From the IMG/VR virus record IMGVR_UViG_3300048918_000175, positions 4,010 to 68,009 of that record: a stretch of DNA of 64,000 bases; one strand, 5' to 3'. Shown in pieces: positions 45,016 through 54,965 of this stretch. Each line of letters opens with the position of its first letter. Positions within the stretch are counted from its first letter, which is position 1. The translations under genes and the position numbers were made by a program. The notes under the pieces are model-generated. The model had not been told where the DNA came from. It saw nothing but the letters and a program-made list of their open reading frames with translations, and ran no database searches. This stretch comes from a virus.

Positions 45016-45441
45016 TTAGCGACGGTCGGTGCGAAAGATCCCTGTCTCAAAGACCTTCACGTTTACCGTGCCCATGTTGAGCACATGAGGTGTGAGTGGA
45101 CCCGGGGTTGGGCCTGTACCTTCACCGCCCTCTTTCGTCCAGCCGTGATTGCCGCGCGTGGCACCGTACGAGAAGAATGCGTTGATCGCCTCGCACTCCG
45201 CCTTGGTCAGTGCAATGACGACGCCCCCTTCCTCGGCCACCGCTAGGGCGATCATGCGCCGTGACCATTCAGTCGAGGGCACGCTTTTATCTTCGTTCGC
45301 TTCACCCCATACAATGTCAACGAGGCGTTGGAGAAACGTATTAGCGGTCATCCTCTTCCTCCTCAATCTCATAGGTTTCTTCAGCGTCAATACCCTCGCC
45401 ACAAAATGGGCAGTATTGAACCCTGAGTGTTTCGCCTTCAA
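45016..45441 (-). CDS. Hypothetical protein (start probably MTANT)
   Basis: GAGGA RBS before MTANT. Confidence 0.45.
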   Translation of the reverse strand: MKAKHSGFNTAHFVARVLTLKKPMRLRRKRMTANTFLQRLVDIVWGEANEDKSVPSTEWSRRMIALAVAEEGGVVIALTKAECEAINAFFSYGATRGNHGWTKEGGEGTGPTPGPLTPHVLNMGTVNVKVFETGIFRTDRR

Positions 45442-45515
45442 CTTCGTGGATCACTCGAAATTCGTTGTCGCACGACAGGCAGACGTGATGTTGTGACTTG
45501 GCCATTGGTTATTAA

Positions 45516-47672
45516 TTAGGGGAACAGAAGTTCCGCAGTTCTGATAATGTCGCCGACAACGCTCGGATTCTTGACGATGGGATCGCCGCAACTTGCGATA
45601 GCGCCCACATGAACGAGGTGAAGTCCATTCGGACCAATCTCGGTGACTTCGATGCCGTTAATCACAACGGCCGTGAGCAGCAGTGAAGGATGCGCGGGAC
45701 CATAATGCGGACCGACTGTGCAACCCGTGAGTGCAAACTGGGTGCCGCGATAGTCAATCAAAGCGCCGACGGGATCATCAGAAGGAAGAATCGTACCACT
45801 TCCTACCCAGTCCCCGACAAGCGCAAGCTCTAGCCCAGTGCTTCCTTCATCTGTATCTATGCCGGTGACAACGGGTGCGAAACCCGTTGCAATGAGGTCA
45901 CCGAGACCCGGGGTAGCAACCTTATTCGCGGTCTGAGTGATTGTCGGTGCAAAGCCCGTAGCGACGAGTACGCCAAGACTCGCCGTGACACTCACGCCGA
46001 CAAAGATCGACGGCGCGAAGCCCGTGGCAACAAGCGTAGCGAGTGCGGGGAGCGCAACCTTATGATCTGTTGCAACTGCGGTCGGCGCGAAGCCTGTTGC
46101 AATAACGGCGCCTAGTCCCGGGGCAATGTTTTGATTGGCCGTACTTGCGACTGTCGGTGCAAAGCCTGTTGCAATGACCGAACCCACTGCGGGCGTTGCA
46201 ACCTTCGTATCTGCCCCGAATGCCGTTGGTGCAAAGCCTGTTGCAATGACCGAACCCACATCAGGTGTGACAGTCTGATGGGCCGTAATTGCAACTGTCG
46301 GTGCGAAGCCTGTTGCAATGACCGAGCCGACAGCAGGCGTGACAGACTGTGCATTGCCCACGGTTGCTGTCGGCGCGAGACCCGTTACGACCAGGGCACC
46401 TACATCGGGGAGCGCAATCTTGTGATCGGATGCCGTCGCTGTCGGTGCGAGACCTGTCGCGACAAGGACTGCAACACCAGGCAGTGCAACCTTGAGATCC
46501 GTTGCAACTGCTGTCGGCGCGAGACCGGTCGCAACAAGGACGGCCACACCGGGCAGTGCGGCCTTGTTGTCAGTAACGGCAAGTGACGGTGCGAGACCTG
46601 TCGCCGTGAGTACGCCGACACCCGCGGTGACTGAGACAGGCGACCCCGTCGCAGTGAGAGTACCGACCGAGTAGAACGTCGCGATACCGCGCAGATTTGC
46701 ATCCGTCGTCTTGATCCAACTATCGCTGCGAACGACGTTGGAGACGCGGACTTCATTGATTGGGCCCTTGAAGAAATTATTGTGCGTCCCGTTCGCGAAA
46801 CGCGATCCTACAGAAAATCTATCCGCCGTCGCGACGGTAATGTTTGCGGTGTCGGAGACCTTCGTTGCACCGTTCAGGTGAACATCGCGTGAGGTAATGC
46901 CCGCAAACGTTGCTGCCGCATAGTTCCACGCTGAGGCGGTGTAGGACGTTGAGGACGTCGCAAACGTCGATGCGCCACCGAATGAACCCGCACGAACAGG
47001 ATGTGTGCCGCTCGCATCCACACGCTTCTGGAGTGCGTGCCCTGATGTTGTATTCGTCGTGTTACCCGAATACATCATGTCACCCGATGATGTTGAATCA
47101 TCTGGGTTAAACAGCGCCTCGAACGTAATCGGCTCATTGCTTACTAGAACGGCACCGGTATCAAGCGACTGCGAGGTGCCGTTGAAGGATGCTGCGCCCA
47201 TACCACCCACGATACCCGCGGTGGCGGTCACCGAGTTGACATTCGACAAGACAACCGCATTGCTTGTCAGGTCAGTGAGTTTGAGTGTGGAGCCATCGCT
47301 CAGTTGCCAGACACCCTTGTAGTTTGAATCCCAGACTGAGGTTGAACTTGCGTCGGTCGTGAGGGCAGCATCACCTACGCCCATGTAGATATGGGTATCG
47401 GCCGAGGCGGACAACGTAGGAATCAGCACGGTCATTGAGAACGCGCCCGTTGTCGGGTTGTACGAATGGAGTTGGTATGTGTACGCCGACGTTAGCCCTG
47501 AGTCGGAGTAGGGGCGGATATCGAACCCGCTCGCGTTCTGAGACTTTCCGCTATTAGCCAAGCTGGCAGCCCAACCATACGTCCCCGCAATACGGACGGG
47601 GAAGTTAGTTTGGTTGCCCGAGTTGACCTTGTTGTGGTCAACCGCGATATCGAGGTAATGGGTGAAGCTCAT
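45516..47672 (-). CDS. Virion protein: DUF2341-like + LamG-like + 24-aa repeats + PAAR-like C-terminus
   Basis: NFPV...DIR N-terminus, ASFNG...FKGPINEVRVS, 11 VxTG(L/F)AP repeats. Confidence 0.7.
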   Translation of the reverse strand: MSFTHYLDIAVDHNKVNSGNQTNFPVRIAGTYGWAASLANSGKSQNASGFDIRPYSDSGLTSAYTYQLHSYNPTTGAFSMTVLIPTLSASADTHIYMGVGDAALTTDASSTSVWDSNYKGVWQLSDGSTLKLTDLTSNAVVLSNVNSVTATAGIVGGMGAASFNGTSQSLDTGAVLVSNEPITFEALFNPDDSTSSGDMMYSGNTTNTTSGHALQKRVDASGTHPVRAGSFGGASTFATSSTSYTASAWNYAAATFAGITSRDVHLNGATKVSDTANITVATADRFSVGSRFANGTHNNFFKGPINEVRVSNVVRSDSWIKTTDANLRGIATFYSVGTLTATGSPVSVTAGVGVLTATGLAPSLAVTDNKAALPGVAVLVATGLAPTAVATDLKVALPGVAVLVATGLAPTATASDHKIALPDVGALVVTGLAPTATVGNAQSVTPAVGSVIATGFAPTVAITAHQTVTPDVGSVIATGFAPTAFGADTKVATPAVGSVIATGFAPTVASTANQNIAPGLGAVIATGFAPTAVATDHKVALPALATLVATGFAPSIFVGVSVTASLGVLVATGFAPTITQTANKVATPGLGDLIATGFAPVVTGIDTDEGSTGLELALVGDWVGSGTILPSDDPVGALIDYRGTQFALTGCTVGPHYGPAHPSLLLTAVVINGIEVTEIGPNGLHLVHVGAIASCGDPIVKNPSVVGDIIRTAELLFP
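45866..46635 (-). repeat. Eleven ~72 bp coding tandem repeats
   Basis: PxVGxxxATG(F/L)APT with a 24 aa period. Confidence 0.75.
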
Positions 47673-47684
47673 CGCAGCACCCTA

Positions 47685-48158
47685 TTAGTCTGTCGTCGCG
47701 CCTGAGAGCGTAAAGAGTCCTGAAGCGTTCATGGTGATCGTGAACGTGTTACCCGTCGTCGTCGTCACGTCAGCAGGTGCCGTGTCGAGTAGGCACACGC
47801 ACAGCAGAGGCTTCACGATGCTGTTGACCGTCGCATTGCGATAGATGACGGCGTACCGTGCAACAATCGAACCACCCGAAGCAGTCCAAACCGGATCAGC
47901 CGCATCGAACGTGATCGTACCGCTTGAGTTGGTCCAGGTTTCGGACGTGAGCGCAAGACCACCGGTTGTGTAGCCGTTCGCGTTGGCATGCTCATTCGTC
48001 AGGTCGCCGTATACTGCTGTACCGACAGACAGGGTGTTGGCGTTGCTGGTCGAGAGGAAGAGCGCGACTTTCCAGTTTGTCGTGTCGTCCAAATCGTGGG
48101 TGCCGTCGCCGATGTACTTCTTCGCGAGGTCATACAGCTTCCACTTTCCTGCGGCCAT
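47685..48158 (-). CDS. Probable virion structural protein
   Basis: KVAL...GYTTGG...FDAAD..W...ARYAVIY family; ATAAATA late box at 48201-48207. Confidence 0.7.
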   Translation of the reverse strand: MAAGKWKLYDLAKKYIGDGTHDLDDTTNWKVALFLSTSNANTLSVGTAVYGDLTNEHANANGYTTGGLALTSETWTNSSGTITFDAADPVWTASGGSIVARYAVIYRNATVNSIVKPLLCVCLLDTAPADVTTTTGNTFTITMNASGLFTLSGATTD

Positions 48159-48199
48159 ATTGGTTTTCTCCTAATGCGGGTAACAAATAGCGTCGAAAG

Positions 48200-48583
48200 C
48201 TATTTATTACCTGCCGAGGACATCCAATCTGTGCTGATAGGCGGGGCCTTCGGGGCCTGCTTCGCGAGCACGTCTAGCTGCATCGCCATCTTCCGACGGA
48301 ATTTATCCTCATTGGCAACGCCGTAGAGGAAGTCGCGGATCTTCCCACCCCGATAGAACACGACCATGGGAATAGCCTTGATGCGGGCCGATTCCTTCAC
48401 CTCAGGAAGGGCGTCAATATCAACGGTGAGAAAGGGGATATCCTTGTACTCATCCGCCATGCGCTGGAGTAGCTCAAGCATGGGTGGGCAGTTCTCACAC
48501 CACCCCGCGTAGAACTCCGCCACGAGCAGTGGGGTGTTCTCCACTGCCGCGTCGAAGGATTCTTTGTTCTCAACTGCAATCAT
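48200..48583 (-). CDS. Thioredoxin
   Basis: FYAGWCENC and cis-Pro AIP motifs; next to nrdJ. Confidence 0.85.
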   Translation of the reverse strand: MIAVENKESFDAAVENTPLLVAEFYAGWCENCPPMLELLQRMADEYKDIPFLTVDIDALPEVKESARIKAIPMVVFYRGGKIRDFLYGVANEDKFRRKMAMQLDVLAKQAPKAPPISTDWMSSAGNK

Positions 48584-50451
48584 TAGTTGACCTCGCAGCC
48601 ACCGCCGCCGCAGGCGACTTCGCTCTGAAGTGTGGTGTTGTCATGGATTTCAACCACGTTGTCGAGGTTGATGCCATGTAGTCCCTTGACCAGTTCATGG
48701 TACTCGTCTTCCGTAATATCCTCGAATGGTGCCTGAATGTACGAGTGATCCGAGAACGGAAGCACCGAAAGTGCCGTGAAGTCCTCGCGATTGTTCCACA
48801 TCCATTCACCTACTTCTTCCCACTCACCTGGCTTGATCGTCACGGTCGTTGAGACGTTATTCTTGTTCGCACCCTTTCTGTGTCCAGGCTTGATCCACTC
48901 GCGATAGACCTGCGAGACGCGGGCGAGCAAGTCAAGGGCCGATTCAGACCGCGTGATAGCACCCTTCGGTGCAGCAATCGGCACTGAGATGACTGCCTGC
49001 TTGTTCGGCTTGAAGTATTCATCCTCAAGCAACTCTGGGTGGTTGATCGCCAAGTACTGGTAGATGGCCTCATCCTTACCCACGCGAAGTCGACGGATGT
49101 AGTAATCCGAGTGCCATGCGTGAATGCCCGATGACGTGCCGAGGACAAGCGATGACGTTCCTTCGGGCTTCACGGTCGTGCACCGTGCTGCAGGATTAAT
49201 ACCGAGCAATGCTGCCACGCGCGCGTTCTCTTCCTTCACGACGTTTGCTGCCTTCTTCATGTCGAGATTGAGAACCGTACCCGATGCGATACCCGTCATG
49301 GATACGCCGATCAATGCTTCCTTCTCGGTGACGCGCTTCCATACGTCGCGGAGATAGTGAAAGTCCGTGTAGCTCGCCTGAAGTGTGGCGATGAACGATG
49401 CCGACTTGGCACGCGCTTCGAGGTCTTCCTGACTCTCAAGATTCCCCGCGTCAATTGTCACGAGGTTACAGAACTGGAAGGGGCGTAGCGAAATCTCTGC
49501 GCAGGGGTTGAGACCCCAATCCTTGTCGTTCGTGAAGAAGAAGCCTGGCTCACCTGAACCTGATGCTTCGATCTTCTTCCAGAGTTCAATGAACACATCC
49601 TTCTCAATCTTGTGTCTCAGGATGACCGCTGAGTTGTTCGCACGGCCGCGTGCAGGATAGAGCTCCCACCAGTTGCTGAACTTGCATGTCAACATCTCCT
49701 CGTCATCCAGATCGAACAAGGCGATCATGGCAGAACGACGAATGCCACCTGCAAGCACCGCATCGGCGATGTAGCAGTTAATGTCATGCACTTCCAGCGT
49801 GGTCAGCTTCTCGTCAGTTTTCTTGCGGTCAAGGATCTTCTGGATGTTGTGTAGACAATCCTTGAGCGGTTCGGGTCCCGGTGCCTTGCCGCCCGATGTG
49901 ATGAGTGAGGCACCCTTCGGGCGAATGTCGGTGAAGTCGAATACGGGAATGGGTTTCCCTGCGAAATACGCCTTCATGAGCATCTTGATTGCATCCGCCC
50001 AGCCTTCGATTGAGTCACCAATGAGATAACGACGCTTCTGCCGTTCTGGAGTTGGTGCCGTGATCGCAGGGAGTTTCTCGACGTGATGCCGCTGGACTGA
50101 ATATCCGACGCCCGTACCCGAGAGCAGAAGGAACATCAACTCACTGAATGCCGCATAGTGGTCGATCGGCATGAAAGCGCAGTTGTACAGGCGAACGTTG
50201 TTGATTTCTACCGGGCGTCCCGCAAATTGAAACGAGCGCATCGACGGTAGCACCTTCTTGTCATATACCATCTGATATGCAGACTCAATCTCCGCGGCGT
50301 GCTGCGGAAACTTCAAGAGATGCATATGCCTATTTCGGTGTGTGAGGTCAACCCAATTCTCTCGTCGCTCAAGCTTCGGTAGAAACTTGGCATACTTCAT
50401 GTGAGTGGTGATATCCGAGAGAATGTCTACAGCTACAGCAGAGTCAGGCAC
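48583..50451 (-). CDS. nrdJ: Class II (B12-dependent) ribonucleotide reductase
   Basis: PSMR, YNC, GTGVG, NPCAEI, TVKPEGT and C-terminal CGGGGC. Confidence 0.92.
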   Translation of the reverse strand: MPDSAVAVDILSDITTHMKYAKFLPKLERRENWVDLTHRNRHMHLLKFPQHAAEIESAYQMVYDKKVLPSMRSFQFAGRPVEINNVRLYNCAFMPIDHYAAFSELMFLLLSGTGVGYSVQRHHVEKLPAITAPTPERQKRRYLIGDSIEGWADAIKMLMKAYFAGKPIPVFDFTDIRPKGASLITSGGKAPGPEPLKDCLHNIQKILDRKKTDEKLTTLEVHDINCYIADAVLAGGIRRSAMIALFDLDDEEMLTCKFSNWWELYPARGRANNSAVILRHKIEKDVFIELWKKIEASGSGEPGFFFTNDKDWGLNPCAEISLRPFQFCNLVTIDAGNLESQEDLEARAKSASFIATLQASYTDFHYLRDVWKRVTEKEALIGVSMTGIASGTVLNLDMKKAANVVKEENARVAALLGINPAARCTTVKPEGTSSLVLGTSSGIHAWHSDYYIRRLRVGKDEAIYQYLAINHPELLEDEYFKPNKQAVISVPIAAPKGAITRSESALDLLARVSQVYREWIKPGHRKGANKNNVSTTVTIKPGEWEEVGEWMWNNREDFTALSVLPFSDHSYIQAPFEDITEDEYHELVKGLHGINLDNVVEIHDNTTLQSEVACGGGGCEVN

Positions 50452-50453
50452 GG

Positions 50454-50852
50454 TTACTCCTTTGCAAGTCCAAGTGCTTTGGCGATGTTCGGCTTAAAAT
50501 ACGTGTCCGGCTTGAGAATCTTTCCGTCGTCGCGACGAATGACCTTTCCATCAACGGTCTTCGACATATTGGACGCGCGAATCTCATCCCATACCGGACT
50601 GATATTTATACCGAGGGCGTTGCAGAGCCCGAGCACAACCCAGATGAGGTCCCCCGCACCGTCGGCGACACCCACGATGTTGCCAGCGTCCCATTCGTCC
50701 ATGAGTTCCGTGAACTCTTCCTCGACCAACGCCCTGTAGAGAATGGCGAGATGCGACGGTGGCTCAAGGCCAGAATCGCCGACGGTGTGACGTGTTGCCT
50801 GTCCGCACACTTCTTGAAATGTGCGGACGTCTTCCTGGAGTTGGTTCTTCAT
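50454..50852 (-). CDS. MazG-like / PRA-PH nucleotide pyrophosphohydrolase
   Basis: EEEFTE...ADGAGD...SNMSK...RDDGKILKP; start re-set to MKNQL. Confidence 0.85.
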   Translation of the reverse strand: MKNQLQEDVRTFQEVCGQATRHTVGDSGLEPPSHLAILYRALVEEEFTELMDEWDAGNIVGVADGAGDLIWVVLGLCNALGINISPVWDEIRASNMSKTVDGKVIRRDDGKILKPDTYFKPNIAKALGLAKE

Positions 50853-51211
50853 TCGATGACAAGGGTGAGAGACTTGACGACAGCGCGGAACAGGTAATCC
50901 TTCCGCTTCTGCTCGGGTGGGAGTTGGTCGTACGGAACAATGCACGGATGCGTCTTGAAGCCTTCGCTCTTGGTGGGACCGTATACCCAGCCGCCAGCAA
51001 CCTTGAAGTCAACCCACGACTGGTGTTGATCTTCTGCGGTGAGCGCAGAGCCATCAAGGTACTTGCGAACGCCATCAATCGCAGAGTCGCGCTGCCAATC
51101 TGCCGCGTCTTCCCAGTCCTTCTGTGAGAAGTCGCCGAGTGATTCGCAGTATGCCTTGTTCGCCTGGTGCACAGTCCGCGCAATATCGTTGAGTTTGATT
51201 ATGCTTTCCAT
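50849..51211 (-). CDS. RyR-domain protein
   Basis: HQSW...GWVYG...THPCIVPYDQLP. Confidence 0.75.
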   Translation of the reverse strand: MESIIKLNDIARTVHQANKAYCESLGDFSQKDWEDAADWQRDSAIDGVRKYLDGSALTAEDQHQSWVDFKVAGGWVYGPTKSEGFKTHPCIVPYDQLPPEQKRKDYLFRAVVKSLTLVIE

Positions 51212-51214
51212 TTT

Positions 51215-52054
51215 TTAGATTTTCGTGTAGGGAGTTTTGTACTCAGTGATCCAGTCGAGGTCTTGTCCCACTGTCTTGATGTAGTCCTCAAAGTAGACAG
51301 GTGCAAGTGGCTGGAGTGCTTCAAAGATTGCTTCTGCGAGACGACGAATCTCGGGCTCGGCATGACGGTCAGAGCGTTGTTCGATGACGTTCCGCCACAT
51401 GCGAAGACCTGCTGACCAGACACCCGCCGTCTCAAGACCGTTCGGGAGCACGTTTCGTGCCTTGCCTCGCGCCCACTTGCGAAGTGGCACACCCTTGAGA
51501 TTCTTGGGGTTCAGCTTCATCAACTGCTCAACATGTGCCTTATATATCTGGAAGTCATCGCGCGCCGCCTCAACCAAACCCGCGACGAGGTACTGTTCAG
51601 CGTCGTATGGGGTAATGTCGGGGTGATAACTCTCGCCGTCGATCATGATCCAGTTGTTCTCCATGGTGAAGCCGTGCTTCTTCCAGAGTGCCGCGTAGTA
51701 CGGCTCAAGCACGATGGAGCCCTCGCCATTCTCAAAGTCGGCATACCGGGTTGACTCTTGCGAGATGTTGAGACCATGGCGATTCAACTCAAGCGAGGCG
51801 GCACGCGTGATGCCTGAAATGTCGAGGACATATTGCATGTGTGCGAGAACCGAGCCGTGCTTCGATGACACAACGGCACGTTGGTTCGCGAGATTCGCAC
51901 GCCCATCTTTACCCTTCGATCGGTAGCACCGCTTGGCGGCATACGCGCCGATCTTCTCGCCATCCGTACCGTCATCGGGGATGAGGAAGTCGGGATTCTC
52001 AATGAACTGCGGCTTTCCAATGACTCGGATTGTGGGTTTGGTTACGACTAGCAT
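51215..52054 (-). CDS. thyX: Flavin-dependent thymidylate synthase
   Basis: HGSVL, ELNRH...SQESTRY, ARNVLPN and AEPEIR motifs. Confidence 0.9.
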   Translation of the reverse strand: MLVVTKPTIRVIGKPQFIENPDFLIPDDGTDGEKIGAYAAKRCYRSKGKDGRANLANQRAVVSSKHGSVLAHMQYVLDISGITRAASLELNRHGLNISQESTRYADFENGEGSIVLEPYYAALWKKHGFTMENNWIMIDGESYHPDITPYDAEQYLVAGLVEAARDDFQIYKAHVEQLMKLNPKNLKGVPLRKWARGKARNVLPNGLETAGVWSAGLRMWRNVIEQRSDRHAEPEIRRLAEAIFEALQPLAPVYFEDYIKTVGQDLDWITEYKTPYTKI

Positions 52055-52527
52055 TCATCATCTCCTTTCTTCTGTAGATATGCCTGTACTTGTGTGGTCA
52101 TGATTGCTGCGAGTTCCGCCTCACGATCTAGCCCAGCGACTCCGTATAGCGCAACGACGAAATCGTGATCCACGCCCGCGTGCGTCTTGACCCCATCAAG
52201 GACGATCACCTTTCTCGGCCCCGACTCATACGAGAACTCATGCTGGAAGGTTACGGTGTGGGCGGGGAAGTTCTTGCGCAAGGCCTGGAGTAGAAGTTCA
52301 CCCCGCACCTCCTCGCGAAGGATGGCGGCAAGTTCTGCATCGGGATCCATGCCGAATACCTTCTTCACCTCAACATCGAGATTGTAGAAGATCCTAGTTT
52401 GCTTCCCGTCAATCACCAACACGTTTCTCGGGTAAAACGAGTTTGGATCGGGTGTGGTTTCTACAAAGTCGAATGTGTGATTCGGAAACTCGTGCCGCAA
52501 ATCACGAAGTACATAGTTTGCTTCCAT
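52048..52527 (-). CDS. Two-repeat protein with gp23-like GxDxxAELxxI segments
   Basis: FGMDPDAELAAILREE and GLDREAELAAIMTTQ. Confidence 0.6.
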   Translation of the reverse strand: MEANYVLRDLRHEFPNHTFDFVETTPDPNSFYPRNVLVIDGKQTRIFYNLDVEVKKVFGMDPDAELAAILREEVRGELLLQALRKNFPAHTVTFQHEFSYESGPRKVIVLDGVKTHAGVDHDFVVALYGVAGLDREAELAAIMTTQVQAYLQKKGDDEC

Positions 52528-53402
52528 TAGTCATTCCTCAATGAGTTCAGTGGGACAGCCCTTTGATTTAGCATAGGTAAGCATGTCGCGAGTTCCCTTC
52601 GACTCAGCAAAGTGATGATGGAAGGCGATGACCAAATCCGGGGTCTCGGTGTCAAACATATGCCTGTTTCTAATAGGACCCGCTCCTCGTCGATACCTAG
52701 CCCAGTCGGCTGGATATTCTCGAACGTCAAATCCCAAGACGGTACCCATAGCTCCCGCAAGAGTGTCAACTCCCCGGGCCCCACCGTGTACCAGAATGGT
52801 GCCGTTCGGAAACTCCATGAGCCGTTTGAGCATTGCCTCAGGATTGAACCCCTTTCGGTCCCCGGTAACGAGTATTTTGATTGCCATGATGTGTTCCATA
52901 CCTCCCGAATAATGTCCTTGTTGATTTCTTCGGTGAGCATTCGCACCAACTCATCTTCAGCGTCGAATCCGTGATAGGCTTGAAGGTCTTGCGCGTGTTC
53001 AATCGTGTACGTTGCACAGAGCTTTGGGCGTTCGTGGAACGCCCAATACCACCTATCACGAACCTCATTCTTCTCAAACGTCTTGTAGAACCAGTTCTTG
53101 AACCGATACTTGAGCAACCAGGCTTTGGAGCGAATGCGATTGCGAATACGACGAGGATGAAATTTATCATACCACTTCTCGGGGCGACGGCAGCATCCGG
53201 GTCCACAACGCCAGTCATCGTCGGGGTCTTGATAATCCTCGTCGTTGTCCTCGTTCTCTTCCTCTTCAGGGAGGAACTCGACACGGTCATCGTCACAACC
53301 CCAATCACCCCGCCCGTTCGGAAAGAGTTTGATGGGTTTCGCAGTCACCTGAGAACTGGTCATGACCACTTCAATGACAGGAACGTCTAACAGTTTTTCC
53401 AT
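52527..53402 (-). CDS. Protein with a gp23-like segment; 3' part overlaps the SLOG gene
   Basis: LCATYTIEHAQDLQAYHGFDAEDELVRML. Confidence 0.5.
   Translation of the reverse strand: MEKLLDVPVIEVVMTSSQVTAKPIKLFPNGRGDWGCDDDRVEFLPEEEENEDNDEDYQDPDDDWRCGPGCCRRPEKWYDKFHPRRIRNRIRSKAWLLKYRFKNWFYKTFEKNEVRDRWYWAFHERPKLCATYTIEHAQDLQAYHGFDAEDELVRMLTEEINKDIIREVWNTSWQSKYSLPGTERGSILRQCSNGSWSFRTAPFWYTVGPGELTLLRELWVPSWDLTFENIQPTGLGIDEERVLLETGICLTPRPRIWSSPSIITLLSRRELATCLPMLNQRAVPLNSLRND
52531..52887 (-). CDS. YspA/SLOG (DUF2493-like) protein
   Basis: ILVTGDR, VHGGARGVD, PADW, AGPIRN and SKGT motifs. Confidence 0.8.
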   Translation of the reverse strand: MAIKILVTGDRKGFNPEAMLKRLMEFPNGTILVHGGARGVDTLAGAMGTVLGFDVREYPADWARYRRGAGPIRNRHMFDTETPDLVIAFHHHFAESKGTRDMLTYAKSKGCPTELIEE

Positions 53403-54409
53403 TGCGTCAGCGCCGCCTGGGCCATCAAGCCCTGATGTGTGTGTGCCTTGATGATTTCCGTCGGTCGCAACCCCGCAAGAACCATGTCGTTAATGTCCTT
53501 CTGTTCAATGCACGGCCAGATGCAGATCCGATACCCCTGCTCAACGAATCGCGAGTACGACTTCACCACCTCACGATTGCGTGGCTGATTGTCGAGCACC
53601 AGCGTGAACTGCTCACGATCCAAACCGAGTTCTTCAACCTTCGCGAAGGCAATCCCGTTCATGGCAATCGCATTCTCAACGAACAACGAGTCCATTGCAC
53701 CTTCGGTCACGTAGACGTGCTCCGTGAGGTCAACGCGCTCCATCCCGAAGATCAAGGTGGAGTCCTCGATATTCTTGAGGAGGATGTACCGAGGCTCTTC
53801 GTTTCGGAGTGTGCGAAGGTTTAGCCCCGTCAGGCGCCCTTCACCGTCGAACAGTGGGAACATCAGCTTCGGTAGATCGCCCTTGAGCACAGACCGATCT
53901 TGATACTTCGCGGGCACGACGGAGAGCACATCCTCCACACGCGGAAGGAAGCGGAGTGTGTGAAACAGGTCGCGAGGGATTTGGCGCGCGAGACAGTACG
54001 CCACCGCCTCGTTGTCGTCGGGGAGTGTTGAGAGTCGCGGCGCGATGGCGTCAAGCGACATTTCACGATAGAGGGGAGCAGGCTCTCTGAACGTCATCAC
54101 CGGTTCGAACGCCGCATGTGCCTTGCCATTCTCACCCTTTGCGTATCGCTCAAACACATACTCCTTGTACAGGAGCGGATCGACCTCTTTCAGAAAGGTG
54201 CCGAAGTGGATTGAGCGATTGCAGTTATGGCACTTGTAGCTCAGGTCACCCTTTCCGCGATAGAAGAAGCCGCGCGCCTTATTCAGATTGGTCTTGGAGT
54301 CGCCGCACAGGATGCAACGACAATTCCAAAGGTACTCCGACTTCTTCTTGAACTTCGGCAGTCGTGCTGAAATCCGATTCAGGTACTTAATGTCAATAAA
54401 AAGGCTCAA
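53387..54409 (-). CDS. gp61: DNA primase (T4 gp61-like)
   Basis: CILCGDS..KARG..CHNC zinc finger and TOPRIM motifs VTEGAMD, DNQPRN, KDINDM; promoter TTGCGA-17-TATCTT at 54433-54461. Confidence 0.9.
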   Translation of the reverse strand: MSLFIDIKYLNRISARLPKFKKKSEYLWNCRCILCGDSKTNLNKARGFFYRGKGDLSYKCHNCNRSIHFGTFLKEVDPLLYKEYVFERYAKGENGKAHAAFEPVMTFREPAPLYREMSLDAIAPRLSTLPDDNEAVAYCLARQIPRDLFHTLRFLPRVEDVLSVVPAKYQDRSVLKGDLPKLMFPLFDGEGRLTGLNLRTLRNEEPRYILLKNIEDSTLIFGMERVDLTEHVYVTEGAMDSLFVENAIAMNGIAFAKVEELGLDREQFTLVLDNQPRNREVVKSYSRFVEQGYRICIWPCIEQKDINDMVLAGLRPTEIIKAHTHQGLMAQAALTQWKNC

Positions 54410-54482
54410 GATAGCATCTCCTGTTATACAGAAAGATAACTACCTTGAGCACTTTTCGCAATGAATTTTAGCCTTCTTCGGC

Positions 54483-54965
54483 TTACTTCGTGAGTAGTTT
54501 AATCACCGAAGGCAGAAGTGGGAGCAGATTGGAGAGCATGAGGCCGAGCACAGTGCCGCCTCCGATCAAGAGCCAACGCCATTTCTCTAGTGCAGAGATA
54601 CGATCGGCATTTTCATTAATCTTCTTCATGTTTGCCGTCTCCGAATCAGCCATCGTTTTCTTGAGATCCGAGATAGCGAGCATAATGCGCCCTTCCATTT
54701 CGGCTGATTGCTTGGAGAGGTTTGACGACAGATCCTTAATTTCGGTCTGTGTGTCCTCGCGGCGTGACTCTACGAGGTCGTAGAGATCCTGGTCTGTGTT
54801 TGCGTGAGCAGCCAAGCGTTCTTCATGCACGGCCAGCATCCTCGAAATACCGTTAGCAACATCACCGATCTTGGCGATTGCATCGTCAAGACGTGTGAAC
54901 AGACCTGTAATTTGCTGGACGTCCCGCTTGAGCACGGCGACGTCGGTTTCAACTTCCGTGTTCAT
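54483..54965 (-). CDS. Coiled-coil protein with C-terminal TM helix
   Basis: MLAVHEERL...LEKWRW, a conserved T4-like family. Confidence 0.7.
   Translation of the reverse strand: MNTEVETDVAVLKRDVQQITGLFTRLDDAIAKIGDVANGISRMLAVHEERLAAHANTDQDLYDLVESRREDTQTEIKDLSSNLSKQSAEMEGRIMLAISDLKKTMADSETANMKKINENADRISALEKWRWLLIGGGTVLGLMLSNLLPLLPSVIKLLTK

Noticed and set aside
45866-46635. Diversity-generating retroelement repeats
   Set aside because: These are in-frame protein repeats without adenine-specific variation, and no reverse transcriptase is present.
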